Source of the DNA: a virus
Length of the DNA: 40,241 bases
IMG/VR virus record: IMGVR_UViG_3300020181_000005
Span: 1 to 40,241 of that record
Strand: one strand, 5' to 3'
The translations under genes were made by a program, and so were the position numbers. Shown here piece by piece: positions 15,196 to 23,925 of the stretch. The notes below the pieces were generated by a model, which saw nothing but the letters and a program-made list of their open reading frames with translations, did no database searches and was not told where the DNA came from. How positions within the stretch are numbered: position 1 is the first letter of the stretch; every line of letters starts with the position of its first letter.

Positions 15196-15266
15196 ACGCG
15201 TCTCCGAGCATCCTCCGCGCGCACAGCGCAGGTACACTCGCATGAGGCAAACAGTAGGCGGGACCT

Positions 15267-15746
15267 ATGGCGACGAAAACAGCGAAGCAGAACGAGGCGG
15301 GCAAGTCGCGCACGCAGATCACGCTCGAGAACAAGCAGCGCGCTCAGAAGGCGCTGCAGCTTCGCACGATGCGCGTCTCATGGGAGTCGATCGCGAAGCA
15401 GTGCAACTATGCGTCGCGGGGCGCCGCCTACAACGCGGTGCAGCGTGAGCTGCAGCGGATCCCCCGCGAGGCTGCGAAGGAGCTCCGCACCGCTGAGCTC
15501 GAAGCGCTCGACGTCGCCCAACGTGCGATCGCCAACCGGATCGCGCGCGGCGACTTCGCTGCGATCGACCGCATGCTGCGGATCATGGACACTCGAGCGA
15601 AGCTGACCGGCCTGTACGAGAACATCGTCGACACGGGTGTCGATGAAGTGAAGGGCGTGCTGCAGGCGTGGCTCGCTGACGTGGAGAAGGAAGTCGACTC
15701 TGAGGATGCCGAGCTGGCGGAAGGCGAGCAGGAGGGCGACGCGTGA
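15267..15746 (+). CDS. terS: Terminase small subunit
   Basis: 159 aa upstream of terL. An HTH-like segment (MRVSWESIAKQCNYASRGAAYNAVQREL) is followed by ...AELEALD...GDFAAIDRMLRIMDTRAKLTGLY, a pattern common in actinophage TerS. Confidence 0.6.
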   Translation: MATKTAKQNEAGKSRTQITLENKQRAQKALQLRTMRVSWESIAKQCNYASRGAAYNAVQRELQRIPREAAKELRTAELEALDVAQRAIANRIARGDFAAIDRMLRIMDTRAKLTGLYENIVDTGVDEVKGVLQAWLADVEKEVDSEDAELAEGEQEGDA

Positions 15747-15907
15747 AGATCCGACTGGCTATCTCGCTCAGCTTCGAGCGTCGACGCGACGAGCCTGAGC
15801 AGCACGAGCACCGAGATCTCGACTCGCTCGCCAGCGAACGCCCGCAGCCCAGCTACATCGGCTTCCAGCGCGAAGACGAGCTACCGGAAGAGCGCGCTCA
15901 TGGGTGA
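15743..15907 (+). CDS. possible small protein (54 aa)
   Basis: Not in the ORF track. GTGA-coupled to terS and overlaps the terL start by 8 nt. It fills the terS-terL gap. Confidence 0.35.
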   Translation: MKIRLAISLSFERRRDEPEQHEHRDLDSLASERPQPSYIGFQREDELPEERAHG

Positions 15908-17234
15908 GCTGATCGACCTCGACACAGAGCGCCGCGAGCGCGTCCCACCGCTGTCACGCAAGCAGCGCCGCGCGCTCGCCCGGTCGAAGGCGCGCGTGAA
16001 CCTGCTCGAAGGGAGCATCCGGTCGGGCAAGACGTTCATCTGGCTCGTCCGCTGGTTCACGTTCATCACGCTCGCCCCGAAGCGCGGCGCGCTGCTCATG
16101 GTCGGCAAGACCCGCGAGTCGCTGTTCCGCAACGTGTTCGAGCCGCTCGAGAACGATCCGACGCTGGCCGTCTTCGCGCCGTTCATCCACTACCGGCAGG
16201 GCGCCCCGACAGCGCTCATGTTCGGGCGAACGGTGCACATCATGGGCGCCGCTGACGCGAAGGCAGAGAGCAAGCTGCGAGGCATGACGCTCGCGGGCGC
16301 GTTCGTCGACGAGCTCACGACCCTGCCGCACGACTTCTTCCGGCAGCTGCTGGGACGTATGAGCGTGAAGGGCGCGCAGCTGTTCGCGACGACGAACCCT
16401 GACGCGCCCGGCCACTGGCTGAAGAGCGAGTACCTCGACCGCATCGGCGAGCTGCCCGACTGGTATGTCGAGCACTTCACGATGGACGACAACCCGGGCC
16501 TGACACGCGAGTACCGCGAGTCGCTGGAACGCGAGTACACAGGGCTCTGGTATCGCCGCTTCGTGAAGGGCGAATGGGTCGCTGCAGAGGGCGCCGTCTA
16601 CACGCAGTGGGATCAGGACCGCCACGTCATCTCGCCCGCCCAGCTGCCGCCGATCGAGCGGGTGCTGATCGCAGCGACCGACTACGGCACAGAGCACCGC
16701 ACGCGCGCCTACCTGCTCGGCTTGGGCACCCCTGAAGGGGCGACGTCGCCGAACCTGTACGTGCTCAGCGAGTTCGCGCCCGACACGGCGACAGTCGGCC
16801 AGCACGCGGCCATGTACTACGAGTGGCTGCGCGAAGTCACGAAGACGAACCGGTGGCCGCAACCCGAATGGCATGCAGTCGACCCTGCAGCGAAGGTCTT
16901 CCGTCAGCAGCTGTTCGACGACGGGATCTCCAACCTCATGGGCGCGCACAACGCCGTGTTGCCCGGCATCCAGACGGTCGCAGCGCTGCTCGCATCGTCA
17001 CGGCTGCTCGTCGTCGACACTTGCACTGAGCTGATCAAGATGCTGCCTGGCTACCGCTGGGACAGCGCAGCGACGAAGCGGGGCGCGACGAAGCCGATCA
17101 AGGAGAACGACGACGAGGCAGACGCGCTCCGGTACGCTGTCTACACGAGCCGTAGGTTCTGGCGGGACCTGATACCCCTCACGGCAGCAGCAAACGGTCA
17201 GAGCTACGAGATCGACGAGAGGGAAGCCGCCTAA
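15900..17234 (+). CDS. terL: Terminase large subunit
   Basis: 444 aa. Walker A is GSIRSGKTF, Walker B-like is AFVDELT, and the C-terminal nuclease-like region includes ...DDEADALRY. Confidence 0.9.
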   Translation: MGELIDLDTERRERVPPLSRKQRRALARSKARVNLLEGSIRSGKTFIWLVRWFTFITLAPKRGALLMVGKTRESLFRNVFEPLENDPTLAVFAPFIHYRQGAPTALMFGRTVHIMGAADAKAESKLRGMTLAGAFVDELTTLPHDFFRQLLGRMSVKGAQLFATTNPDAPGHWLKSEYLDRIGELPDWYVEHFTMDDNPGLTREYRESLEREYTGLWYRRFVKGEWVAAEGAVYTQWDQDRHVISPAQLPPIERVLIAATDYGTEHRTRAYLLGLGTPEGATSPNLYVLSEFAPDTATVGQHAAMYYEWLREVTKTNRWPQPEWHAVDPAAKVFRQQLFDDGISNLMGAHNAVLPGIQTVAALLASSRLLVVDTCTELIKMLPGYRWDSAATKRGATKPIKENDDEADALRYAVYTSRRFWRDLIPLTAAANGQSYEIDEREAA

Positions 17235-18811
17235 TGGGACTGCCTGGCAAGGGTGAGGCGTGGCCCCCCGCAGATCACACTGCGCGCTACTCGCGCATGA
17301 AGACGGCAGCGACGTGGTACGCGGGCAGCCCCGCCCAGCTGGGCGACCTGTACGGGTCGGTCGCTTCACGCGGCCAGGAGGGCGTGCTGAACCGTGCGCT
17401 GCGCTGGTTCTGGTCGACGCCCGAGCAGGGCCCGACTGAGCACAAGCTGCACGTGCCGCTGCCGCGCGATATCGCCGTCATGAACAGCGAGCTGCTCTTC
17501 AGTGAGGGTGTCCGCTTCGTCGTGCAGCACACTCGATTCACTGAGGACGGCACGCCCGACGAGTCGCAGGACGCTGAGGTCGCTGCCACGCAGGCGCGTC
17601 TCGACGAGCTGCTCGACTACTCGAACTTCGAGAGCGTGCTGCTCGCTGCAGCAGAGACATGCTCTCCGCTGGGCAGCGTCGGTCTGCGTATCGGCTGGCA
17701 GAAGAGCGCGGGCCTGAAGATGCCCGTGATCATGCGCGTCGACGCTGACGCGATCGTGCCTGAGTACCGCTGGGGACAGCTGACCGCCGTCACCTTCTGG
17801 CGCACAGCGTCTGTCGGCAGCGTCGTGTACTTCCATCTCGAGCGTCACGAGCGGGGCCGGATCTTCCACGGCCTGTACGCGGGGCAGGACGGCAACCTGG
17901 GCAACCCGGTGCCGCTCACTGATCACGAGATGACGCGAGATCTCGCGCCGCTCGTCGACGAGCAGTCGAGTATCGCGCTGGTCGACGATGAGACGTTCAC
18001 TGCTGTCTCGGTCCCGAACGCGCTGCCCGACCCTGAGGACCGTCACTCGCTCGCGGGTCGCAGCGACTACTCGCCGGGCGTGCTGACGCTGTTCGACGCG
18101 ATCGACCGCACTTACACGAGCCTGCTGCGCGATATCGAGGACGGTCGTTCTCGGCTGATCATCGCCGACTACATGCTGAACTCGAACGGCGCCGGTCGCG
18201 GCGTGAGCTTCGACGAGGATCAGCACCTGTTTACGCGGGTGAAGGCTGCCCCCGCTGAGGACGGCACGAACCCTCCGATCGAGCAGGTGCAGTTCCGTAT
18301 CCGGGTCGACGAGCATCTGCGCACGCTGGACAATCTGATCAGCCGGGCGGTGCGCATGTCGGGCTACTCGCCGGACGCCGATCAGGCTGACTCTGGCGGG
18401 CAGCAGACTGCGACCGAGTACGTCGGTAAGGCGCGCCGGTCGATGCAGACGCGGCGGAAGAAGTTGCGCTACTGGCAGTCGCTTGAGGGCCTCATGGAGT
18501 CGCTGCTGAAGGTGGATGCCGCCTACTTCGGGTCGGGTGTCGTGCCGCTGCCGGTGCGCATGGAAGTGCCTGCTGCTGTGCAGCCGTCGATGCGTGAGCT
18601 CGCGGAGACGGTGTCGCTGCTGCGTCAGACTGAGGCGACGTCGATCGCTGTGCGGGTGCGTGCGCTGCATCCTGACTGGGATCAGAAGGACGTCGATGCT
18701 GAGGTCGATCGGATTCAGAGCGAGAGCTCAGTCGTTGATCCTGCGACGTTCGGTCTGCCTGCGCCTGTTCGCGCGAACAGCGACGGAACTTCAGGCGAAC
18801 AGGATGAGTAG
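17234..18811 (+). CDS. Portal protein
   Basis: 525 aa, coupled to terL by a TAATG overlap. Called from size and position between terL and the MuF-like gene. Confidence 0.7.
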   Translation: MGLPGKGEAWPPADHTARYSRMKTAATWYAGSPAQLGDLYGSVASRGQEGVLNRALRWFWSTPEQGPTEHKLHVPLPRDIAVMNSELLFSEGVRFVVQHTRFTEDGTPDESQDAEVAATQARLDELLDYSNFESVLLAAAETCSPLGSVGLRIGWQKSAGLKMPVIMRVDADAIVPEYRWGQLTAVTFWRTASVGSVVYFHLERHERGRIFHGLYAGQDGNLGNPVPLTDHEMTRDLAPLVDEQSSIALVDDETFTAVSVPNALPDPEDRHSLAGRSDYSPGVLTLFDAIDRTYTSLLRDIEDGRSRLIIADYMLNSNGAGRGVSFDEDQHLFTRVKAAPAEDGTNPPIEQVQFRIRVDEHLRTLDNLISRAVRMSGYSPDADQADSGGQQTATEYVGKARRSMQTRRKKLRYWQSLEGLMESLLKVDAAYFGSGVVPLPVRMEVPAAVQPSMRELAETVSLLRQTEATSIAVRVRALHPDWDQKDVDAEVDRIQSESSVVDPATFGLPAPVRANSDGTSGEQDE

Positions 18812-20823
18812 TGCCTGAGATCGTCGACGTGCAGCTCGCCGAGAAGGTGGGACGGCTGTACGCAGACGCTGAGACGCAGATCCTCGCCCGCATCGCCGGA
18901 TACCTCGCACGCGGCGTCGACGCCCCCGACTGGGAGACGACGACACTCGCGCGGCTGCAGAATCTGCGACGCGAGGCGCTCGCCGATCTCGCACGCGCGA
19001 ACGCTGCAGCTGCTGACGAGATCTCAGCTGCAGTCGCCCAGTCGTACAGCGACGGGAACGCCGACGTGTACCGAGATCTCGCCGACACGATCGACCCCGT
19101 CCACGTGTCGACGCTGCAGCAGCGCGCTGCAGTACGTCAGCTGGCCGACGAGCTCACGAACGGGCTGCAGTCGACGGTCGCCCCGGTGCTGCGCCGCACA
19201 GAAGACGCATACCGTTCGATCGTCGGCGAGGTCGTAGCGACGACTGCAGCGCGTGGAGAGTCGCGGCGAGCTGCAACACAGCGGGTGCTGAACCGCTTCG
19301 CAGACGAGGGCGTGGCGACGTTCCGTGACTCTGCAGGGCGGCAGTGGCATCTCGACGACTACGCGAACATGGCCGTGCGGACAGGGCAGTCGCAGGCGCT
19401 GATCCGAGGGCATGAAGACGTGCTCGATGCGAACGGGCTCGATCTCGTCGTCGTGCAGCCGGGGCCTCGAGCGTGCAGCGTCTGCGACCGCTTCGCGCGG
19501 CAGATCCTCTCGCGCAGCGGCGCCCGCACCGGCGCCCTGACTGTCGAGTCGATGACGACGGGGCGACCGTTGCAGATCGTCGTCGACGGCACTCTCGCGC
19601 TCGCTCGAGCTGCGGGCTTCCAGCATCCGAACTGCCGCTGTCGTCTGCGCGCGTATCTGCCGGGCGCGACTGATCCGAGCGTGCTGCAGCGTCCCCCGTG
19701 GGATCGCGAGGGGTACGAGGCGCAGCAGCAGCAGCGCGCGATCGAGCGCAAGATTCGGGCGGCGAAGCGGCGCGAGGCCGTCGCGGTCGACCCTGACGCG
19801 AAGCGGCGCGCGACAGCTGAAGTGCAGGCCGGGCAGCTGCGGATGCGTCAGCATCTCGACGAGCATCCGCAGCTGAAGCGTCGCAGCGACCGCGAACAGG
19901 TGCGTACGGGGGCGACGGGTACGCAGCCGCCGCGTGCGACGAGATCTCCCGCGCCGCGCACGCCCGCACCCGCGCCTGCAGTGACGCCAGAGCCTAAGTT
20001 CGTCGACTCGCTGACGAGTCAGCTCGAGTCGGGGAAGATGACGCCCGCGCAGCTGCGCAAGGCCGCTGAGAGCGCGTCGCCGCTGGGGCAGGCGAACGCG
20101 AGGGCGGCGATCGAGCGGTTCGAGCAGCGTCGTGCCGTACAGGCGCCCCCTGAGCCGCCCGCGACGGGTCGGGCGTACCCGAAGCTCGCCGACGAGGCGC
20201 GCGACGCCCTGCAGCCGAAGCGGGGCGGCTGGACGACGAAGACGAGTAAGGCGACGATCGCGAAGCTGAACGAGACGCCGCAGGGGCGCAGTATCGCGAA
20301 GACGCTGAAGAGCTTCCAGTCCGGGGGCGCTACAGCGATCCCGCGTCTGCGCACCGATATCGAGTCGTACCTGTCGGGCGGTGAGCTCGCTGCGGGACGC
20401 GTCGAGTCGATCGAAAACCTGCTGGGCGCGATCAACAGCAGCGAGGCGGACAGGCCGATCTATCGCGGCATGGTGATCCCCGGCGAGCTGGATGAAGTGC
20501 TGGCACGCTACAGCGCGGGCGACCGGGTCGATCTGTCGCTGGCGTCGTTCACGAGCGACCGGAAGACGGCGGTCGAGTTCTCGACAACGTCGGCGGGTAA
20601 GCGCGTGCAGACGAAGCGGAACACGCCGGTCGTGCTCGAGGTCGTGGGGCGTGCGCATGCGCTGCCGATCGAGAACATAAGCCCGTCGGGGACGTTCGCG
20701 CAGGAGCGCGAGTGGATCACGTCGGGCCGGTATCGTGTGAAGGAGTCGCGTGTCGCGAAGCGCGGCGGGGCCGATACCGTGGTCGTGCAGATCGAAGAGG
20801 TGGAGACATGGCAGCGCCGGTGA
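18811..20823 (+). CDS. MuF-like minor head protein fused to a C-terminal ADP-ribosyltransferase domain
   Basis: The MuF core contains ...CSVCDRFARQI...HPNCRCRLRAY. A long Ala/Pro/Arg-rich linker follows. The C-terminal R-S-ExE ART triad is IYRG (20461), ASFTSD (20545) and QEREWI (20701). Confidence 0.8.
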   Translation: MPEIVDVQLAEKVGRLYADAETQILARIAGYLARGVDAPDWETTTLARLQNLRREALADLARANAAAADEISAAVAQSYSDGNADVYRDLADTIDPVHVSTLQQRAAVRQLADELTNGLQSTVAPVLRRTEDAYRSIVGEVVATTAARGESRRAATQRVLNRFADEGVATFRDSAGRQWHLDDYANMAVRTGQSQALIRGHEDVLDANGLDLVVVQPGPRACSVCDRFARQILSRSGARTGALTVESMTTGRPLQIVVDGTLALARAAGFQHPNCRCRLRAYLPGATDPSVLQRPPWDREGYEAQQQQRAIERKIRAAKRREAVAVDPDAKRRATAEVQAGQLRMRQHLDEHPQLKRRSDREQVRTGATGTQPPRATRSPAPRTPAPAPAVTPEPKFVDSLTSQLESGKMTPAQLRKAAESASPLGQANARAAIERFEQRRAVQAPPEPPATGRAYPKLADEARDALQPKRGGWTTKTSKATIAKLNETPQGRSIAKTLKSFQSGGATAIPRLRTDIESYLSGGELAAGRVESIENLLGAINSSEADRPIYRGMVIPGELDEVLARYSAGDRVDLSLASFTSDRKTAVEFSTTSAGKRVQTKRNTPVVLEVVGRAHALPIENISPSGTFAQEREWITSGRYRVKESRVAKRGGADTVVVQIEEVETWQRR

Positions 20824-20906
20824 ACTTCGACCCGTACATGAACGGGACGATCTCTGAGCAGAGGGATGAGCCGGAGCCTCGTGTCGAGCCTCCGGCGCTC
20901 GAGTGA
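20808..20906 (+). CDS. possible 32-aa protein
   Basis: GGAGAC-ATG, overlapping the end of the MuF-like gene. It fills an 80-nt gap. Weak call. Confidence 0.3.
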   Translation: MAAPVNFDPYMNGTISEQRDEPEPRVEPPALE

Positions 20907-21172
20907 AGCGTCGGAGGGTGACGTGCCCGCGTCCTGACAAGGTGGCGCACCCTGATCTGTTCTCGGCGAAGCAGGCGGCGCGTACGTTCGCGCGGAAGCT
21001 GATCGCGCGGGGTGAGCGGTTCGAGCCGCTCTTCGGCTATGAGTGTCGCTGTGGGCGGTGGCACTCGACGCGGCATGCGCAGCACCAGGGGCGTGTGAAC
21101 GTGCTGCTGTGGGCGGTGCCGGATGATCTGCAGGTGTGGGCGCGTGGCGGCGTGTCCGAGTTGCCCGACTGA
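20903..21172 (+). CDS. hypothetical protein with a CxC...H motif
   Basis: GTGA coupling; 89 aa; ...GYECRCGRWHSTRH. Confidence 0.55.
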   Translation: MKRRRVTCPRPDKVAHPDLFSAKQAARTFARKLIARGERFEPLFGYECRCGRWHSTRHAQHQGRVNVLLWAVPDDLQVWARGGVSELPD

Positions 21173-21197
21173 GGTAGTGCGCGTAACTTAGTTCATG
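21161..21197 (+). promoter_or_regulatory. Promoter-family copy E
   Basis: TTGCCC (21161) - 17 bp - TAACTT (21184) - AGTTCAT - G (21197). Confidence 0.55.
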
Positions 21198-21233
21198 TCA
21201 GCAGAACACACTCCCAGTCACGAAAGGCACACC

Positions 21234-21473
21234 ATGTCCTCCCTCTTCGGAACCTCCCGCCAGGCGCTCGTGATCATCCACCAGCGCGAGGTCGGCACCG
21301 GCATCGCGCACAAGACCACGACTGCGCTGCGACTCGAGATCGACGCCGCTCGTCGCGCGGCCAAGAGCTTCCCTGTCGACCGCATGCACAGCGCGACGAT
21401 CGGCAAGCTGATCACGCTGCACGAGCTCACGGGCACCGCGTACCCCGTGAGCGGCGATCTCTTCGCAAGGTGA
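21234..21473 (+). CDS. hypothetical protein (cassette 1 of 3)
   Basis: Conserved leader ...ACTCCCAGTCACGAAAGGCACACC-ATG; 79 aa. Confidence 0.65.
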   Translation: MSSLFGTSRQALVIIHQREVGTGIAHKTTTALRLEIDAARRAAKSFPVDRMHSATIGKLITLHELTGTAYPVSGDLFAR

Positions 21474-21485
21474 CGAGATCTCAGC

Positions 21486-21515
21486 TGGGCGGCTGGTTGC
21501 GAGATCAGCCGCCCA
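21486..21515 (+). terminator. Terminator-like hairpin enclosing the -35 of promoter F
   Basis: A 10-bp stem TGGGCGGCTG/CAGCCGCCCA. The 10-nt loop contains TTGCGA. Confidence 0.55.
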
Positions 21516-21533
21516 CCTGTAACTTAGTTCCTG
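21497..21533 (+). promoter_or_regulatory. Promoter-family copy F
   Basis: TTGCGA (21497) - 17 bp - TAACTT (21520) - AGTTCCT - G (21533). Confidence 0.55.
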
Positions 21534-21562
21534 TCAGCGAAACACTCCCAGAAAGGCCGATC

Positions 21563-21811
21563 ATGTCGACTCTCCCCGCTCTCACCCCCGCTCAGCGGGC
21601 CATGCTCGACGCGATCAAGGCGGGCGCGGTCGTTCGCAGCAACCACCGCACCGATCGCTGGACGATCGACGGGCGCACTGCGACGAGCGGCGAGGGTCGC
21701 GTCATCGACGCGCTGCAGGCGAAGCGTCTCGTCCGCTGGGTCCACGAGGACGTGCGCATCGTCGGCATGAACGGCACGAAGCGGATGCTGCGTCTCGAGG
21801 CGAAGGCGTAG
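21563..21811 (+). CDS. hypothetical protein (cassette 2 of 3)
   Basis: Leader ...ACTCCCAGAAAGGCCGATC-ATG; 82 aa. Confidence 0.65.
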   Translation: MSTLPALTPAQRAMLDAIKAGAVVRSNHRTDRWTIDGRTATSGEGRVIDALQAKRLVRWVHEDVRIVGMNGTKRMLRLEAKA

Positions 21812-21812
21812 G

Positions 21813-21849
21813 TTGCGAACCCAGTCGCCCACCTGTAACTTAGTTCTCA
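21813..21849 (+). promoter_or_regulatory. Promoter-family copy G
   Basis: TTGCGA (21813) - 17 bp - TAACTT (21836) - AGTTCTC - A (21849). Confidence 0.55.
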
Positions 21850-21875
21850 CAAGCAGAACGAACGAAAGGCACACC

Positions 21876-22115
21876 ATGCAGAACAGCAACTACGCCCGCC
21901 GCCTCGCAGAGCGCGCCGCCCGCGCCACCGCTGCTCTCGTCGCCGCCGCTGACGAGCGCGACGCTCCCGCCGAGCTCGAGACGATCAACAATCGCATCGA
22001 CTACCTGAACGAGCTCGAGCCCACCGCCGACAACGAGACGCGACTGCGCTGGGCGCTGCAGGATCGCGCCTACGCTCGCCGCAGCGCGCGCCTCGCGAAG
22101 CGCGTCGCCGCGTGA
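21876..22115 (+). CDS. hypothetical helical protein (cassette 3 of 3)
   Basis: Leader ...GAAAGGCACACC-ATG; 79 aa. Confidence 0.65.
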   Translation: MQNSNYARRLAERAARATAALVAAADERDAPAELETINNRIDYLNELEPTADNETRLRWALQDRAYARRSARLAKRVAA

Positions 22116-22129
22116 GATCTCGACCACTG

Positions 22130-22159
22130 AACGCCCCGGCTCGTCTGAGTCGGGGCGTT
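22130..22159 (+). terminator. Intrinsic terminator
   Basis: A 13-bp stem AACGCCCCGGCTC/GAGTCGGGGCGTT with a 4-nt loop, followed by TTTCTG. Confidence 0.8.
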
Positions 22160-22185
22160 TCTGCATGTACCGGCCAGCTCCCCCG

Positions 22186-22198
22186 TATGCTGTTCTCG
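22186..22198 (+). promoter_or_regulatory. Promoter-family variant K upstream of the scaffold and capsid genes
   Basis: TATGCT-GTTCTC-GTCAGC shares the discriminator and leader start with copies D-F. There is no clear -35. Confidence 0.35.
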
Positions 22199-22235
22199 TC
22201 AGCCGAACAGAGATTCGGGCACCGAGAGGGAGATC

Positions 22236-23012
22236 ATGGCAGACGGACAGGGCGCCGGGGGCGACCAGGGACAGCAGCAGAGCGGCGAGCAGCAGGGCGG
22301 CGACGGCCAGCAGCAGCAGAACGGCCAGCAGGGCGGAGAGCAGCAGCAGGGCTCGCAGCAGCAGGGCGAGCAGCAGCAGCAGAACGACCAGCAGCAGAAC
22401 GAGCCCTGGGCGGATCCCGTCAAGGCTCGCGCCGAGATCGAGCGACTGCGCCGCGAGCGCGGCGACGAGCGCATGAACGCGAAGCGTGAGGCTCGCAATG
22501 AGGGCTTCATCGCCGGGCTGAAGCAGTTCGCGACCGAAGCGGAGCTCGGCGTCGACCTCGAGGGGAAGAGCGCCGACCAGATCATCGACGCGCTGAAGCA
22601 GGGGCTGACGAGCTCGGGCGCAGCCGTGCAGGAACGCGACCAGGCGCGACAGCAGGCGCGCGACACGCAGCTAGAGCTCGCCGTGGTGCGCGAAGCGTGG
22701 AAGCAGGGCGTCGACCCGAAGAAGCTCGATTACCTCAGCTTCACGCTGACACGCCGCGACGACTTCGGCCAGCTCGACCCCACAGCGAGCGACTTCTCCG
22801 GTAAGCTCGCGGGCGTGATCGGTCAAGCGATCACTGAGGACTCGTCGCTCAAGCTGTCTGGGGCAGCACAGGGCACGGGCGCGGAGCAGTTTGGTGGAGC
22901 CAACGGGAGCACCGCACTCACAAAGGAACAGTTCGCAGCTCTGCCGCTGGCAGAGAAGTCGCGGCTGTATCGGGAGAACCGGTCAGAGTTTGACCGGCTG
23001 AGCGCACTCTGA
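22236..23012 (+). CDS. Capsid scaffolding protein
   Basis: 258 aa directly upstream of the major capsid gene. It has a Gln/Gly-rich N-terminus, then charged helical segments (...ARAEIERLRRERGDER...). Confidence 0.7.
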   Translation: MADGQGAGGDQGQQQSGEQQGGDGQQQQNGQQGGEQQQGSQQQGEQQQQNDQQQNEPWADPVKARAEIERLRRERGDERMNAKREARNEGFIAGLKQFATEAELGVDLEGKSADQIIDALKQGLTSSGAAVQERDQARQQARDTQLELAVVREAWKQGVDPKKLDYLSFTLTRRDDFGQLDPTASDFSGKLAGVIGQAITEDSSLKLSGAAQGTGAEQFGGANGSTALTKEQFAALPLAEKSRLYRENRSEFDRLSAL

Positions 23013-23025
23013 GAGAGGCAAGCAA

Positions 23026-23913
23026 ATGGCATCTGAAACCACCACCGCATCCGACCTGATCATCCCCGAAGTCTGGGGCGCAGCTGTCGGACTCGCCGTC
23101 CCCGGTCGCACGGTCATGGCACCCTTCGCGACCGTCGACACGACCCTGCAGGGTCAGCCGGGCGACCGGATCAACGTGTCGAAGTTCGCGTACATCGGCG
23201 ACGCCGAGGATCTCGCCGAGGACGACGTCATCGAGACGCGCAAGCTCACGATGACTTCCACGAGCTTCGGGATCAAGGAGGCCGGAACCGGCATCTCCCT
23301 GACCGACCGGGCGATCCTCAACGCGATGGGCAACCCGCAGGATCAGGCCGTCGCGCAGCTCGCGCTGTCGGTCGGTCGCAAGCTCGACACCGATCTCCGC
23401 GCCGTCGCGGCGGCTGACGTCGCCGCAGACGCAGAGAACGGCGTGCTGCCGAGCTCGCCGCTGCGGCACACCGTCGACGGCGCACTCGACTACGAGTCCG
23501 TGGTCGACGCGACGTCGCTGCTCGGCGACGAGTGGGACCCCGCCGCGATGCAGGGCATGGTCATCCACTCGCAGCAGTACCGTGCGCTGCGCAAGGACCC
23601 CGACTTCATCTCCGCCGACAAGGTGGGGGCGAACAACCAGGCGATCGTGACGGGTCGTGTGGGGCAGGTGTCCGGCATCGACGTGGTCGTGTCTGACCGA
23701 GTGACGCGCACCGGCGCGGGCACCCCGGAAGACCCGTACCGCTACCAGGCGCTGCTGATCCGTCGCGGCGCGCTGACCCTCGCGTACAAGCGTCGCGCGA
23801 TCGTCGAGAAGGCCCGCGATATCGAGGCCCGCAAGACGATCATCACCACGAACGTTCACTACGGAGTCGTCCGCAACGACGACAACGGCGTGATCGTTCT
23901 CACCACTCGCTGA
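23026..23913 (+). CDS. Major capsid protein (HK97-fold type)
   Basis: 295 aa. The N-terminus reads ...ASDLIIPEVWGAAV.... Position after the scaffold gene and a terminator-like hairpin further downstream support the call. Confidence 0.8.
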   Translation: MASETTTASDLIIPEVWGAAVGLAVPGRTVMAPFATVDTTLQGQPGDRINVSKFAYIGDAEDLAEDDVIETRKLTMTSTSFGIKEAGTGISLTDRAILNAMGNPQDQAVAQLALSVGRKLDTDLRAVAAADVAADAENGVLPSSPLRHTVDGALDYESVVDATSLLGDEWDPAAMQGMVIHSQQYRALRKDPDFISADKVGANNQAIVTGRVGQVSGIDVVVSDRVTRTGAGTPEDPYRYQALLIRRGALTLAYKRRAIVEKARDIEARKTIITTNVHYGVVRNDDNGVIVLTTR

Positions 23914-23925
23914 TCGGGGCGGCTC

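Noticed and set aside
19024-20940. Very long reverse-strand ORFs opposite real genes (for example 19024-20940, 638 aa; 32656-34362, 568 aa; 17366-18670, 434 aa; 4979-6055, 358 aa)
   Set aside because: These are typical shadow ORFs of GC-rich DNA. Their products are Arg/Ala/Pro-rich low-complexity strings, they lack start contexts, and they lie antisense to genes with clear motifs and strong GC3 bias. The only reverse ORF with gene-like codon usage and a promoter is 8160-8402.
21811-21830. GGTTGCGAACCCAGTCGCCC resembles the T-arm and 3' acceptor of the tRNA-like element (8084-8102, GGTTCGAACCCAGTCGCCC), suggesting a second tRNA fragment or an attP core
   Set aside because: The upstream sequence cannot form the complementary tRNA arms. 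The TTGCGA inside it is positioned exactly as the -35 of promoter copy G. A 15-nt exact match is within chance expectation for a 40-kb GC-rich sequence, and no integrase was found.
22255-22410. CAG/CAA-rich tract (also (CAG)6 at 6475-6492) as a possible unstable microsatellite or non-coding element
   Set aside because: Both are in frame and encode Gln-rich linkers: the scaffold N-terminus and the SSB linker before the acidic tail. These are common low-complexity features of those proteins.
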